DNA from: Patescibacteria group bacterium
GTDB lineage: Bacteria > Patescibacteriota > WWE3 > CG2-30-40-12
Direction of reading: 5' to 3'
DNA length: 64,000 bases
NCBI GenBank assembly: GCA_018817085.1
Contig: JAHIUT010000038.1
Coordinates: 9,441-73,440, forward strand
A program made the position numbers and the translations under genes. Positions 37,826-47,561 of the stretch are shown piece after piece. Below the pieces are notes generated by a model. The model saw nothing but the letters and a program-made list of their open reading frames with translations. It ran no database searches and was not told where the DNA came from. The stretch's first letter is position 1. The number at the start of each line of letters is the position of its first letter.

Positions 37826-40288
37826 ATGAAAACCGAAATGGAAACGCCAATGATGAAACAATACCTTTCCATAAAAAAGGGGTACAAAGACGCTATTCTC
37901 TTTTTTAGGTTGGGCGATTTTTACGAAATGTTTATGGATGACGCCAAAACCGCTTCCAAAGTTTTGGGTATTGTTTTAACAAGTAGAACTAGAGGCAAAA
38001 ACGGCAAAATTCCTATGTGCGGAGTGCCTTATCATTCTGCCGAAAGTTATATTGCCAAATTAACTCGCGCAGGATTAAAAGTTGCTATATGTGAACAAGT
38101 GTCCTCTCCCGATTTGCCCGGAATTGTGGAAAGAGAAGTGGTAAGAATAATTACTCCCGGCACCACTACTGATGAAAATGCCTTAAACAAAAACGAAAAT
38201 AATTTTATAGCGGCGATATCCAAAACCGATAAAGGAAAAAAAGAAACATTTGCCCTCTCTTACTGCGATATCTCCACTGGCGATTTTTACAGCGGAGAAA
38301 TTGATTTTAATATATCCGAAATTTTGGGAGTGATAGAACCTTCGGAAATAATTTTGCCTTCCTCTTTATATAACGACCCAGAATTTTTAAGCTTAATGAA
38401 AAATCTTTCAAACAGTATTTATCACTTCAACCGAGAATACAGCAACGGAAACAGTCCTTTTATAAAAAACATTAAAAGCGCCCTCGCGCAAGAAAGCGCT
38501 CTTATCCTTATGGGGTATTTGGAAGAAACTCAAAAAATGGCGATAAAACACATTACCAAAGCGCTGGAAATTAAAAATCCTAAATACGCAAGAATTGATG
38601 CAAACGCAATAACCAATTTGGAAATATTTAAAACTTTTAAAGAGGGGGACACTAAAGGTTCGCTTATTTTTGCGCTTGATAAAACCAAAACTTCTATGGG
38701 CGCGCGCACTTTACGAAGGTTTGTACTAAACCCTCTCAAAGCGAAAAAGGATATTGATGAAAGGCTTGATAGTGTGACCGTGTTAGTCAAAGATTCGGCG
38801 ACCCAAGAAAAAATGGCGGGTGTTTTAACTCATATTTACGATATAGAAAGAATTTTTGCCAAAATATCTCTTGGCGCGGCAAACCCCAAAGATTTAATTT
38901 CTTTAAAATATTCCATAAAAGGCGCGCTTGCGATAAAAAATATCATTAGAAATTTTAATTCCGTTTTGTTAAAAGAAATAGACGGCAACATACAAGAAAA
39001 AATTTTAGAGGTGGTTTTGTTGACGGAAAAATTTTTGGTTAGCGAGCCACCTTTTTCGGCTAAAGAAGGGGGTCTTATTAATTTTGGAGTAAACAAAGAG
39101 CTGGACAATCTAAAAGATACAATAAAGGGCAGTACCGAGTTTTTGGCAAAAATGGAGTTTGACGAAAAATCAAAAACAGGAATTAATTCTCTAAAGGTTC
39201 GGTTTAACAAAGTTTATGGCTATTATATTGAAGTAAGCAAATCAAATTTGCATCTTGTTCCAAGCTACTATATAAGAAAACAAACTTTGGTTAACGCCGA
39301 AAGGTTTATAACCGAGGAACTTAAAAAACACGAGGAAATAGTTTTAAACGCCAAAGAATTAATAAATCAAAAAGAGTATGAGATATATCTAAAAATTATA
39401 TCGGAGATATTAAAATATAATAAGGAAATTAAAAATTCCGCCACTGCTATTGGGATTTTGGATGTTTTAATAAGTTTTGCCAAATTGTCCCAGGAAAAAA
39501 AGTATATAAGACCAGCGATTTTGCCTGCGGATAAACCGCATTTAATTAGCATAAAAGAGGGTAGACATCCGGTTATAGAGACTTTGCTTTCTGAAGGAGA
39601 ATTTATTCCAAATAGTGTTTTGTTAAGTAACAAGGAGCAAGTTCTAATAATAACAGGACCCAATATGAGCGGTAAAAGCACTTTTATTAGGCAAACGGCT
39701 CTTATTGTTTTAATGGCGCAAATGGGTTGTTTTGTTCCCGCGCGAGAAGCTGTAATATCTCCGGTGGATAGGATATTTACGCGGATTGGCGCCTCGGATA
39801 TTTTAAGTTTAGGTCTTTCCACTTTTATGGTTGAGATGCTAGAAACCGCCAATGTTTTAAACAACGCCACGGATAGAAGTTTGGTTATTTTAGACGAGGT
39901 TGGTCGCGGCACCAGCACTTATGATGGAGTTAGCATTGCTTGGGCGATAGTTGAGTATCTTGCCAAAAAAGTTAAGGCGAAAACTTTGTTTGCCACGCAT
40001 TACCACGAACTTCTAAAATTGTCCGAGCTATATGAGAATGTGGTTAATTTTCAAGTAGCGGTTGAGGAAGAGAAAAAAAATAACGGGGAAGAAAAAATAA
40101 CTTTTCTTTATAAAGTTATTGCGGGGGGAGCGTCCAAAAGTTATGGAATACATGTGGCTAAACTCGCGGGTCTTCCGGACTCGGTTGTTAAAAGAGCGTA
40201 TAGTGTTCTTAAACTTTTGGAACAGCGGAAAATAGAGAAACCTAAAGAAAGTTTAGCGAGTAATGACCAACTAACCATAGATTTGTAG
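37826..40288 (+). CDS. mutS: DNA mismatch repair protein MutS
   Basis: TPMMKQYLSIKKGYKDAILFFRLGDFYEMF (mismatch-binding domain). Walker A ITGPNMSGKSTFIRQ. DEVGRGTSTYDG...ATHYHEL. Confidence 0.93.
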   Translation: MKTEMETPMMKQYLSIKKGYKDAILFFRLGDFYEMFMDDAKTASKVLGIVLTSRTRGKNGKIPMCGVPYHSAESYIAKLTRAGLKVAICEQVSSPDLPGIVEREVVRIITPGTTTDENALNKNENNFIAAISKTDKGKKETFALSYCDISTGDFYSGEIDFNISEILGVIEPSEIILPSSLYNDPEFLSLMKNLSNSIYHFNREYSNGNSPFIKNIKSALAQESALILMGYLEETQKMAIKHITKALEIKNPKYARIDANAITNLEIFKTFKEGDTKGSLIFALDKTKTSMGARTLRRFVLNPLKAKKDIDERLDSVTVLVKDSATQEKMAGVLTHIYDIERIFAKISLGAANPKDLISLKYSIKGALAIKNIIRNFNSVLLKEIDGNIQEKILEVVLLTEKFLVSEPPFSAKEGGLINFGVNKELDNLKDTIKGSTEFLAKMEFDEKSKTGINSLKVRFNKVYGYYIEVSKSNLHLVPSYYIRKQTLVNAERFITEELKKHEEIVLNAKELINQKEYEIYLKIISEILKYNKEIKNSATAIGILDVLISFAKLSQEKKYIRPAILPADKPHLISIKEGRHPVIETLLSEGEFIPNSVLLSNKEQVLIITGPNMSGKSTFIRQTALIVLMAQMGCFVPAREAVISPVDRIFTRIGASDILSLGLSTFMVEMLETANVLNNATDRSLVILDEVGRGTSTYDGVSIAWAIVEYLAKKVKAKTLFATHYHELLKLSELYENVVNFQVAVEEEKKNNGEEKITFLYKVIAGGASKSYGIHVAKLAGLPDSVVKRAYSVLKLLEQRKIEKPKESLASNDQLTIDL

Positions 40289-40302
40289 TTAAGATTTACA
40301 AT

Positions 40303-40345
40303 TAAGAGTGCAATTAGGGTTCAACCCTAATAGGGTTGAACCCTA
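40303..40345 (+). repeat. Palindromic element TTAGGGTTCAACCCTAATAGGGTTGAACCCTATTAAAA immediately upstream of mutL
   Basis: X-spacer-revcomp(X) architecture with X=AGGGTTCAACCCT. It is related to the element at 4847..4880. Confidence 0.8.
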
Positions 40346-42081
40346 TTAAAATGAAGATAAAAAGACTGGACTCAAAAGTGTATAGAAAAATTGCGGCGGG
40401 AGAGGTGGTGGAAAGACCCGCTTCGGTAGTTAAAGAATTTGTTGAAAATTCAATTGACGCTAAAGCGGAAAGAATTGTGGTTGAAGTGGACAAAGGAGGG
40501 ATTGAAAGAATAAAAGTTTCGGATAACGGATTTGGGATTGAGAAGGAAGATATGCCCCTTGTTTTTGAACATCACGCCACCAGCAAGATTGAGACGGAGG
40601 AGGATTTATTAAATATAGAAAGTATGGGGTTTAGAGGAGAAGCTTTGTCGAGCGTTTCTTCAGTTTCTAAAGTAAGCTTAATATCCAAAACTAAAAAAGC
40701 TCAAACGGGATATTTTTACGCAGTTTCTGGGGGAGATTTTTTGGATAGTGGTACTAAAGCTTTTCAAGATGGGACAAGTATTGAAGTAAGAGACCTATTT
40801 TTTAATGTTCCGGCGCGAAAGAAGTTTTTAAAAACTCCATATACCGAGTTTTTGCACATAACACGCGTTTTTGTGGATTTGTGTTTGGCAAACATTAACA
40901 AAGATTTTAAGCTTATCCATAATGGCAGAGAAGTTTATAATTTAAGCGCGGTTTCAGACCTTTCTTTGCGGATTAAACAGCTTTTTGGAAAAAATGTTTA
41001 CGAAAATCTCATCCCTGTTTTTTGCGACCATCCTCATATTAAAATTTCGGGGTTTGTGGGCAAACCGCAAATGTCCTACGATTCCAAATCTAAGCAGTTT
41101 ATTATTGTTAACAACCGGCCTGTAAAAGATAGAATAATAAGCTCCGCGGTTAGAGAGGGTTTTGGGAGTTTAATAATGCATAGTGCTTCTCCTTTATATT
41201 TTATTAAAATTACTGCTCCGCTTGATTTTGTGGACGCCAACATTCATCCCCGAAAAGAGGAGGTTAGGTTTATTAACCCTAACTTAATATATTCTTTGGT
41301 TAAAAACACGATTTCACAGTCATTGTCCAAAGAAGATTTGTCGTTTAGACCGGAAGGAATGTCTTCGTACAAGTCGTCCAATGTTGAAAATGTTTCGGGC
41401 AGACAAGGTTACTACATACATGAAAAGGTTAGGGATGTTTCTTTCGCAAACCCCCTTTCTGTTTCAGATACATTAGAATTTTATTCGCAACTAGGAACGC
41501 AAGACACTTTTGAAGTTTTGGTGTTTAATAATTTGTATATTGTGGCAAATATTAACGATAGCTTGGAAATTTACGACCAGCATGCTTTGCATGAGCGGGT
41601 GCTGTACGAGAAGTTTAAAAAAGCGCTTTTAGAAAAAACACCGTCCTCGCAAGTTTTGTTAACCTCGCAATCGTTTGAGTTTGCGGAGGATGATTTTCAG
41701 ATTATTAATCGCAATCTCAAACTTTTTATAAAACTTGGTTTTGAGATAGAAGTTTGGGGGACGCGCGCGATAGAAATTAAAGCTATCCCGTCGTTTTTGG
41801 GCGCTAACTTTTCTGCGGTAACGAATATGCTTTGCGAGTTTGCGGAAGATTTAAAGGAGAAAAACAAGTTTAAAGGGGTAAGCAGTATGGAGGAAAAGGC
41901 GCTTTCCATTATGGCTTGTCGTTCCGCTGTTAAAGCGGGAGATAAATTAACTCATACCGAAGCTTTGGGGCTTTTAAAGGAGAATATTAAATTAAAAGGA
42001 ATATACACCTGCCCGCACGGAAGACCTTTTAAGATAAAAATAACAAAAGAGGATTTGGAAAAGATGTTTAAAAGGGTTTGA
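40336..42081 (+). CDS. mutL: DNA mismatch repair protein MutL
   Basis: GHKL ATPase motifs (VVKEFVENSIDAKAERIVVEV; VSDNGFGI; GFRGEALSS) and a C-terminal dimerisation domain. Confidence 0.92.
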   Translation: MNPIKMKIKRLDSKVYRKIAAGEVVERPASVVKEFVENSIDAKAERIVVEVDKGGIERIKVSDNGFGIEKEDMPLVFEHHATSKIETEEDLLNIESMGFRGEALSSVSSVSKVSLISKTKKAQTGYFYAVSGGDFLDSGTKAFQDGTSIEVRDLFFNVPARKKFLKTPYTEFLHITRVFVDLCLANINKDFKLIHNGREVYNLSAVSDLSLRIKQLFGKNVYENLIPVFCDHPHIKISGFVGKPQMSYDSKSKQFIIVNNRPVKDRIISSAVREGFGSLIMHSASPLYFIKITAPLDFVDANIHPRKEEVRFINPNLIYSLVKNTISQSLSKEDLSFRPEGMSSYKSSNVENVSGRQGYYIHEKVRDVSFANPLSVSDTLEFYSQLGTQDTFEVLVFNNLYIVANINDSLEIYDQHALHERVLYEKFKKALLEKTPSSQVLLTSQSFEFAEDDFQIINRNLKLFIKLGFEIEVWGTRAIEIKAIPSFLGANFSAVTNMLCEFAEDLKEKNKFKGVSSMEEKALSIMACRSAVKAGDKLTHTEALGLLKENIKLKGIYTCPHGRPFKIKITKEDLEKMFKRV

Positions 42082-42106
42082 CACACGACCTGTAGTGTGG
42101 TATAAT
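42078..42106 (+). promoter_or_regulatory. Perfect consensus sigma70 promoter (TTGACA-N17-TATAAT) facing a noncoding double-hairpin motif
   Basis: TTGACA at 42078-42083, a 17-nt spacer and TATAAT at 42101-42106. It overlaps the mutL stop. There is no plus-strand ORF downstream. Confidence 0.6.
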
Positions 42107-42172
42107 TAACTTATGGAAAATTTCATAGGGGTGCGGGACCCCAAGAGAGGGTTCGACCCTTAAATCAGCCCT

Positions 42173-42403
42173 TTATACTTCTTTGAGTAATTCAAAATAC
42201 CTGTCCCGAGAAATTTTCGCCGTTCTCAAATTATTTAAGATAATAAAGACAGGTATGTCTTTTTTCTTGGGTATAACAATGCGCCTTATGAAGCCCGCTT
42301 TTTTAAGTTGGATGTGGTCTCCTGAAGTTCCAATATATTCCCAACCATCCATTCCAAATAATTTAACTAGAATTTTATAATTTTGGGGCGTTATTTTAGG
42401 CAT
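42173..42403 (-). CDS. hicA: HicA-family (YcfA-like) mRNA interferase toxin
   Basis: 76 aa: ...GWEYIGTSGDHIQLKKAGFIRRIVIPKKKDIPVFIILNNLRTAKIS matches the HicA GW...GSH...vtvP.H layout. Confidence 0.65.
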   Translation of the reverse strand: MPKITPQNYKILVKLFGMDGWEYIGTSGDHIQLKKAGFIRRIVIPKKKDIPVFIILNNLRTAKISRDRYFELLKEV

Positions 42404-42698
42404 AAGCGTATTTATTGGATGTTTTAATAGGTAAAGAAAACAAGGAGAAATAAATTTCGGGTTTTTGCGAATCTGACGAGAACCCCGCTTCTTCCAGTAC
42501 CTTATATAAGGTTTTATCTTCAGTAGCCCCTTCTAAAAGAATATGGATAGCCTGCTTTAACATTCTCTGCGCTTCTTCTTGAGTTTTGCCACAAGAAGAT
42601 ATATCAAATTCGGGATTATACGCAACAAAAGGATATTCCTTGGAGCTGGCCTCTTTGAAAACTTTGATTGTTAATGTGAGGTCTGATATGTTTTGCAT
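42396..42698 (-). CDS. hicB: HicB-family antitoxin (UPF0150, RNase H-like fold)
   Basis: YPFVAYNPEFDISSCGKTQEEAQRMLKQAIHILLE. 8-nt overlap with downstream hicA. Confidence 0.6.
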   Translation of the reverse strand: MQNISDLTLTIKVFKEASSKEYPFVAYNPEFDISSCGKTQEEAQRMLKQAIHILLEGATEDKTLYKVLEEAGFSSDSQKPEIYFSLFSLPIKTSNKYAYA

Positions 42699-42819
42699 TT
42701 TATAAAATTACCACAGTTTGCGCTTTTATACAAGGATATAAGAAAAAAGCAAATCCATTAGGGTATAAACCCTTCCGCCAGCTGGCGGAGGGTTTAACCC
42801 TTAATTACAATGTCCAAAA

Positions 42820-42852
42820 AGGGACTACCCCGATTCGGGGTAGTCCCTTTTT
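42820..42852 (-). terminator. Rho-independent terminator hairpin GGGACTACCCCGATTCGGGGTAGTCCC with flanking A/T tracts (bidirectional)
   Basis: Perfect 11-bp stem, AAAAA 5' and TTTTTT 3'. It is directly downstream of the Lon-like ATPase stop. The same stem sequence recurs at 57226. Confidence 0.75.
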
Positions 42853-42853
42853 T

Positions 42854-43918
42854 CTAAAGTATGGGTAAAAAGGATTTGAAGTTTGTTTCGTCCACCACAA
42901 CAACCCTTTCCCCTTGTTCTATAATGATTTTCGCTGATTTTCGGCAAACGCTTTCCAAAATCCTTTGCAAACTTCTAATACCCGAATCATATCCCAAAGG
43001 CCTTATTAGTTTTGGCCAAACCTCCTCTTTTATTTTGAGCTGTTCTGGCAAAATACCGCTTGTTCTCATAATTTTAGAAAGAAGATAATCCCTTGCGATA
43101 ATCTCTTTTTCTTTATCCGAATAAGACGGCATTCTTATTATTTCCAACCTATCCATTAAAGCCGCTGAAAAAGTTCCAATATTGTTCGCGCTTGAAATAA
43201 ACAAAACATTGGATAAATCTATTGGATAATCCACATAATGGTCAACAAAAGAGGTGTTTTGTTCCGGGTCTAAAATTTCTAAAAGAGCCGCCATCATATC
43301 GCTACGCAAACCCTGCTCTCCGCTTACCTTGTCCATTTCATCAAGAAGTATTAATGGGTTTCCTACTTTTGTTCTAACTAAAGCTTTTATAATTTGTCCC
43401 GGCTCGGCGGCGGGCAGAGATTTGCTTTTTCCTCTAAGTTCTAGTATAGAACCTAAAGCTCCCAGAGATATCCTAACAAATTTTCTGCCCAAAGCTTCGG
43501 CAATTGAACTTGCGAGTGTGGTTTTTCCAAGACCTTGCAAGCCCACTAAACATAAAACAGGCGCCTTTTCATAAGACGCAACTTTGTCTTTATTGATGAT
43601 TTTTAAATTCTCAACCGCTAAATACTCCAGAACTCGCTCCTTTACCTGTTCCAATCCATAATGGTTTTTATCCAACACCCCCTTGGCATTTTTCAAGTCC
43701 AAATTGTCCTTGGTTTTTCTGTCCCAAGGAATCTCGGTTATCCAGTTTATGTAATTTTCTATAACATCAAACTCGGAAGAATAAGTGTTTGTTTGGCTTA
43801 TGCGGTTTAACCTATCAAGCATTTGCAATACCCTTTCTTTAAGGTCCTTTGGCAAGGCGCAGGCATCCACTTTTTGGTTTAGACTTTTTAATTCCGCAAG
43901 CAGAGAATTTTTGGGCAT
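42854..43918 (-). CDS. Lon-like AAA+ ATPase lacking a protease domain
   Basis: Lon-type Walker A block VLCLVGLQGLGKTTLASSIAEALGRKFVRISLG (compare Lon LCLVGPPGVGKTSLGKSIA..GRKFVRISLGG). Walker B LILLDEMDKVS. An N-terminal ...HYGLEQVKERVLEYLAV matches the Lon pre-ATPase helix. At 354 aa it has no S16 protease domain. Confidence 0.6.
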   Translation of the reverse strand: MPKNSLLAELKSLNQKVDACALPKDLKERVLQMLDRLNRISQTNTYSSEFDVIENYINWITEIPWDRKTKDNLDLKNAKGVLDKNHYGLEQVKERVLEYLAVENLKIINKDKVASYEKAPVLCLVGLQGLGKTTLASSIAEALGRKFVRISLGALGSILELRGKSKSLPAAEPGQIIKALVRTKVGNPLILLDEMDKVSGEQGLRSDMMAALLEILDPEQNTSFVDHYVDYPIDLSNVLFISSANNIGTFSAALMDRLEIIRMPSYSDKEKEIIARDYLLSKIMRTSGILPEQLKIKEEVWPKLIRPLGYDSGIRSLQRILESVCRKSAKIIIEQGERVVVVDETNFKSFLPIL

Positions 43919-43924
43919 AATTTT

Positions 43925-44848
43925 TTAAAACTGCAAAATAACTCCTTTTCCGCTCTTTATTGCCACAAAAGCGTTTTTTCCTTTAGAATCTACTTTATCC
44001 TTATTGCCCACCTTTTCAAAAAGTGGCGTTAGTTTATTTATATCCCGATAAAACACTAAAGCCACGCCGTCCGTTGGCAGGTTTTTAACAGCCTCTACAA
44101 AAAAAGCGTCTTTAGACAAACTTAAAGAAATTCCCTTCTCCACATTTTCTATTTCATTTAATATATTAACATCGTTTGTGATAATCAAAAAGTCTCCTAC
44201 CAAAGATATTTCATATTCAAGGTCTTTTGTATTTATCTCCTCAAGTTTGGTTTGCAGAAACTCCTTGTTTTTAGTTTTTGCAATAAATGCCCACGACTTT
44301 TCTCTGCCAATGATGAAAAAAGAGGGTTCCAAAAAACTCGCTACCTCTTCCACAGAAAGACCGGTTAAATTGTTTATATCCACTTTGGAATCTTTCTCTA
44401 TAAAATTTTCGTAAAAAGAGCTTGGGTTGTTTAGAGCTATAAAAAAATCCACACTCACAGGAGAAATTTGGGACAATATATTTGCGTTAAACGCGCCGGG
44501 GGAAAGGGTTATGTCCAGATTCGCTAGGTCAATTTCAAACTTTTGGTCTTTTGATAAATCCACAGGGCTGATGATATCGTTGGACGGCTTTTTTTGATTT
44601 TTAAATTTAGTGTACCCAAAATATCCGCCCGCTAAAATTAACGCGAGAAAGAAAAATAAAAGGGCTGTTTTGGGAAATCTGCTTTTACAAGCAAGCGGTT
44701 GTTTTGGATTGCTTCCCGTTTCGTTTGCGGGAATTTTGCTTTCGTCGTTTTTACCGTCCATAATGCCTAAAACAGAACCGCAATGATAGCAAAAAAGAGC
44801 GGAGTCTGATCTTATGGTTTTATGACATTTAGGACAGGTTCTAAACAT
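43925..44848 (-). CDS. Zinc-ribbon, single-pass membrane protein with extracytoplasmic domain
   Basis: N-terminal CPKCHKTIRSDSALFCYHCG (C4 zinc ribbon), TM ALLFFFLALILAGGYFGY and a ~220-aa C-terminal domain. 7-nt gap to the Lon-like gene. Confidence 0.5.
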   Translation of the reverse strand: MFRTCPKCHKTIRSDSALFCYHCGSVLGIMDGKNDESKIPANETGSNPKQPLACKSRFPKTALLFFFLALILAGGYFGYTKFKNQKKPSNDIISPVDLSKDQKFEIDLANLDITLSPGAFNANILSQISPVSVDFFIALNNPSSFYENFIEKDSKVDINNLTGLSVEEVASFLEPSFFIIGREKSWAFIAKTKNKEFLQTKLEEINTKDLEYEISLVGDFLIITNDVNILNEIENVEKGISLSLSKDAFFVEAVKNLPTDGVALVFYRDINKLTPLFEKVGNKDKVDSKGKNAFVAIKSGKGVILQF

Positions 44849-44857
44849 TTTTGCCGA

Positions 44858-47098
44858 TTATCTTCTAAAGGAAGGGCGTTTGTTAAGATCCCTTCTTGGA
44901 CCTTGGAAGTACGACCTCCCTCCAAAACCAGAGGTGGGTTTTGGCGCGGGTCTTTTCCTTTCGTAATTTTTGGAAGTTTCCTCCAACGCCTTTTTTGAAA
45001 GAGACATTTTTCCGTCTCGTTCCACATTGATTACTTTAACTTTTACAGTATCGCCCACCTTAAATAATTTATTAGGGTCGTCCACATACTCGTGCGAAAT
45101 CTCGCTTACATGCATAAGTCCTTCTTTATTTGGCAAAACTTCTACAATCGCCCCGAAATCGGCAACTCGTTTAATAACGCCATCAAAAACATCGCCTACT
45201 TTAACTTCTCTGATTATGCCTTCAACTAATTCCTTGGCTTTTTTAACCGACTCAATATCCACTCCGGCTATGCTTACAAAAGCGCTACCGTCGGCATTTT
45301 CCACCACATCCACGGTGGCTTTGCTTTTTGCCATAATCTCTCTTATGGTCTTTCCTCCCGAACCTATAACTAGCCCAATTTGGTCAGGGTTTATTTTAAC
45401 CTGTTCAATCCTAGGCGCGTATTTTGATACCTCATCTCTTGGCTTTTGTATGGCTTGGTCTATGAGGTCCAAAATCTTAACTCGCGCTGTTTGCGACCTT
45501 TCAAAAAGCTCGGCGAACAGTTTTAAGGGTATTCCGCTTAGTTTAATGTCCATTTGTATAGCGGTTACGCCTGTTCTCGTTCCTGCCATTTTAAAATCCA
45601 TAAAGCCATTAAAATCTTCCACCCCCGCCATATCCGTTAACAAAACGAACTTTTCTTGCTTTTCGTCTGTTATTAAACCAATAGCCACTCCCGCAACCGG
45701 CGCTTTTATGGGCACACCCGCATCCATTAACGAGAGTGTGGAACCGCAGGTTGCCGCCATTGAAGACGACCCGTTTTGTGATAAAATTTCCGATACCACT
45801 CGTATAGTGTAAGGAAATAGTTCTTTTGAAGGAATAACGGGAATCAGCGCTTTTTCGGCTAACGCCCCATGCCCAATTTCTCTTCTGCCGGGGGAGAATA
45901 TAGGTTTTATTTCGCCCAACGAATAAGGCAGACCATAATAATGGTGCATATACCTCTTGGTTTCTTCTCCGTACATATTTTGTATTAATTGTTCCAGCGA
46001 AGCGGAACCTAGTGTGGTTATTGATAATGATTGGGTTAAACCTCTTCTGAAAAACGCGCTTCCGTGAGTTCTTGGCAGGATACCCAATTCTATGGTTATT
46101 GGCCTTATTTCATCCAAATCTCTGCCGTCGGATCTTTTGCCTTTTTCCAAAACCAATTTTCTAACCGCCGCTTTTTCCAACTCCTCAAAGGCTTTGGTTA
46201 TATAAGCGCTGGAATACTTTTCTTGATACTTTTTGTGCATCTCGTTCAAAATGGTTGCCATAAGTTCCGCGGACTCTTTTTTATCTGAAGGGGTTTCAAC
46301 AAACTTTTCTATCTTTTCGTTAAAATCTTTTTTAACCGCATCTACTAACTTTTTTGGAAGTTTTACGGATACATATTCATATTTTTTATTTCCCACCTCT
46401 TTTGCAAAATCTTTTATAAGCGCGATAACTTTTTTATTCTCGTTATTTGCAAATTCTATGGCTTTAAGAATTTTTTCTTCCGGAATAATATTTGCCCCCG
46501 CTTCCATAGCGAGAACTTTATCGTTTTCTAAAGTTGAAATTATTAGATTTAAAGAAGAATTATCCAACTGTTCGTTTGTGGGGTTTAGGATAAAATTTTC
46601 GCCGTTCTCTTTTTCTATGGATACTCTTGCGGTTGCCATAGGACCGTTCCAAGGTATGTCCGAGGCGTACAAAGCCGCAGAAGCGCCAATCATTGCCGAA
46701 ACTTCGGCGTCGCTCACATGGTCTATGGACAAAGCGGTGGCAATAACTTGCACCTCATCCGCAAAATCTTTTGGAAAAAGAGGGCGTATGGCGTGGTCTA
46801 TAAGCCTTGCCACTATGGTAGCTTCGTCGGAAGGTCTGCCTTCTCTTTTAACAAATCGGGATGATTTAATTAATCCCCCCGCGTATAGTTTTTCTTGATA
46901 ATCAACTCTCAACGGGAAGAATTCCACTGTTTCGGGAGCGGTCTGTTTTTTAGAAACTGCGGTAACTAAAACTACGGTATCCCCATATCTAACGGTTACT
47001 GCCATATTTGCTAAAGGAGCAAAAACGCCTGTTTCTAAACTTAACTTTTTTCCCCCAACCTCAATTTCTTTTTTTATAGTGTTCATTTTATTTTCCAT
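44858..47098 (-). CDS. pnp: Polynucleotide phosphorylase
   Basis: 746 aa with two RNase PH-like domains and C-terminal KH and S1 (VGDVFDGVIKRVADFGAIVEV). Canonical position downstream of rpsO. Confidence 0.92.
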   Translation of the reverse strand: MENKMNTIKKEIEVGGKKLSLETGVFAPLANMAVTVRYGDTVVLVTAVSKKQTAPETVEFFPLRVDYQEKLYAGGLIKSSRFVKREGRPSDEATIVARLIDHAIRPLFPKDFADEVQVIATALSIDHVSDAEVSAMIGASAALYASDIPWNGPMATARVSIEKENGENFILNPTNEQLDNSSLNLIISTLENDKVLAMEAGANIIPEEKILKAIEFANNENKKVIALIKDFAKEVGNKKYEYVSVKLPKKLVDAVKKDFNEKIEKFVETPSDKKESAELMATILNEMHKKYQEKYSSAYITKAFEELEKAAVRKLVLEKGKRSDGRDLDEIRPITIELGILPRTHGSAFFRRGLTQSLSITTLGSASLEQLIQNMYGEETKRYMHHYYGLPYSLGEIKPIFSPGRREIGHGALAEKALIPVIPSKELFPYTIRVVSEILSQNGSSSMAATCGSTLSLMDAGVPIKAPVAGVAIGLITDEKQEKFVLLTDMAGVEDFNGFMDFKMAGTRTGVTAIQMDIKLSGIPLKLFAELFERSQTARVKILDLIDQAIQKPRDEVSKYAPRIEQVKINPDQIGLVIGSGGKTIREIMAKSKATVDVVENADGSAFVSIAGVDIESVKKAKELVEGIIREVKVGDVFDGVIKRVADFGAIVEVLPNKEGLMHVSEISHEYVDDPNKLFKVGDTVKVKVINVERDGKMSLSKKALEETSKNYERKRPAPKPTSGFGGRSYFQGPRRDLNKRPSFRR

Positions 47099-47104
47099 GA
47101 ATTA

Positions 47105-47371
47105 TTATTTTGATAAACCAACTTTTCCTATAATTTTCCTATACCTGTCCTCGTCTTTTTTCCGAAGATATAAGAGGAGACGTCTTCTTTTATTTATCAT
47201 TTGAAGAAGACCGCGGCGGGAACTAAAATCTTTTTTATGCTCTTTTAAATGTCCGGTAAGATCTTTTATTCTATCACTTAATAATGCAATTTGCACCTCT
47301 GGAGACCCTGTATCTTTTTCATGAACAGCAAACTTTTTTAATATTTTTTTCTTTTCTTGCGTAGTTAGCAT
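47105..47371 (-). CDS. rpsO: 30S ribosomal protein S15
   Basis: [69 protein letters not shown]. Confidence 0.93.
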   Translation of the reverse strand: MLTTQEKKKILKKFAVHEKDTGSPEVQIALLSDRIKDLTGHLKEHKKDFSSRRGLLQMINKRRRLLLYLRKKDEDRYRKIIGKVGLSK

Positions 47372-47561
47372 TAAACTATTTTACTATACTCCTTGGGTGT
47401 CTGCAATACTCTTATTTTGTGAGCGAGAAAACTGTGTATCTTGCTAAACAGATGAAAGTTTAACTTCCTCGCGAAGCGAGCAAAAGAAGATACTGCGTGG
47501 CTTGCCGCGCAGAGCTTCATTTTTTAGGGGTATGTCCTCGCGTCATCCGCCCTGGGCGGAT

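Noticed and set aside
42118-42165. Possible tRNA suggested by the GGTTCGACCC T-arm-like sequence
   Set aside because: There is no acceptor stem or anticodon arm in tRNA register. It is better explained as two simple hairpins, and it is reported above as a recurring motif.
44970-46898. Plus-strand ORFs of 280 aa and 221 aa inside pnp
   Set aside because: They are antisense to polynucleotide phosphorylase, with low-complexity S/T/A-rich translations. Spurious.
47380-47560. Possible structured leader/ncRNA between the NrnA-like gene and rpsO
   Set aside because: It contains GC-rich palindromes (GCCGCGCAG..; CGCCCTGGGCGG) and could be an rpsO leader or terminator for the upstream gene. The evidence is too weak to call a feature.
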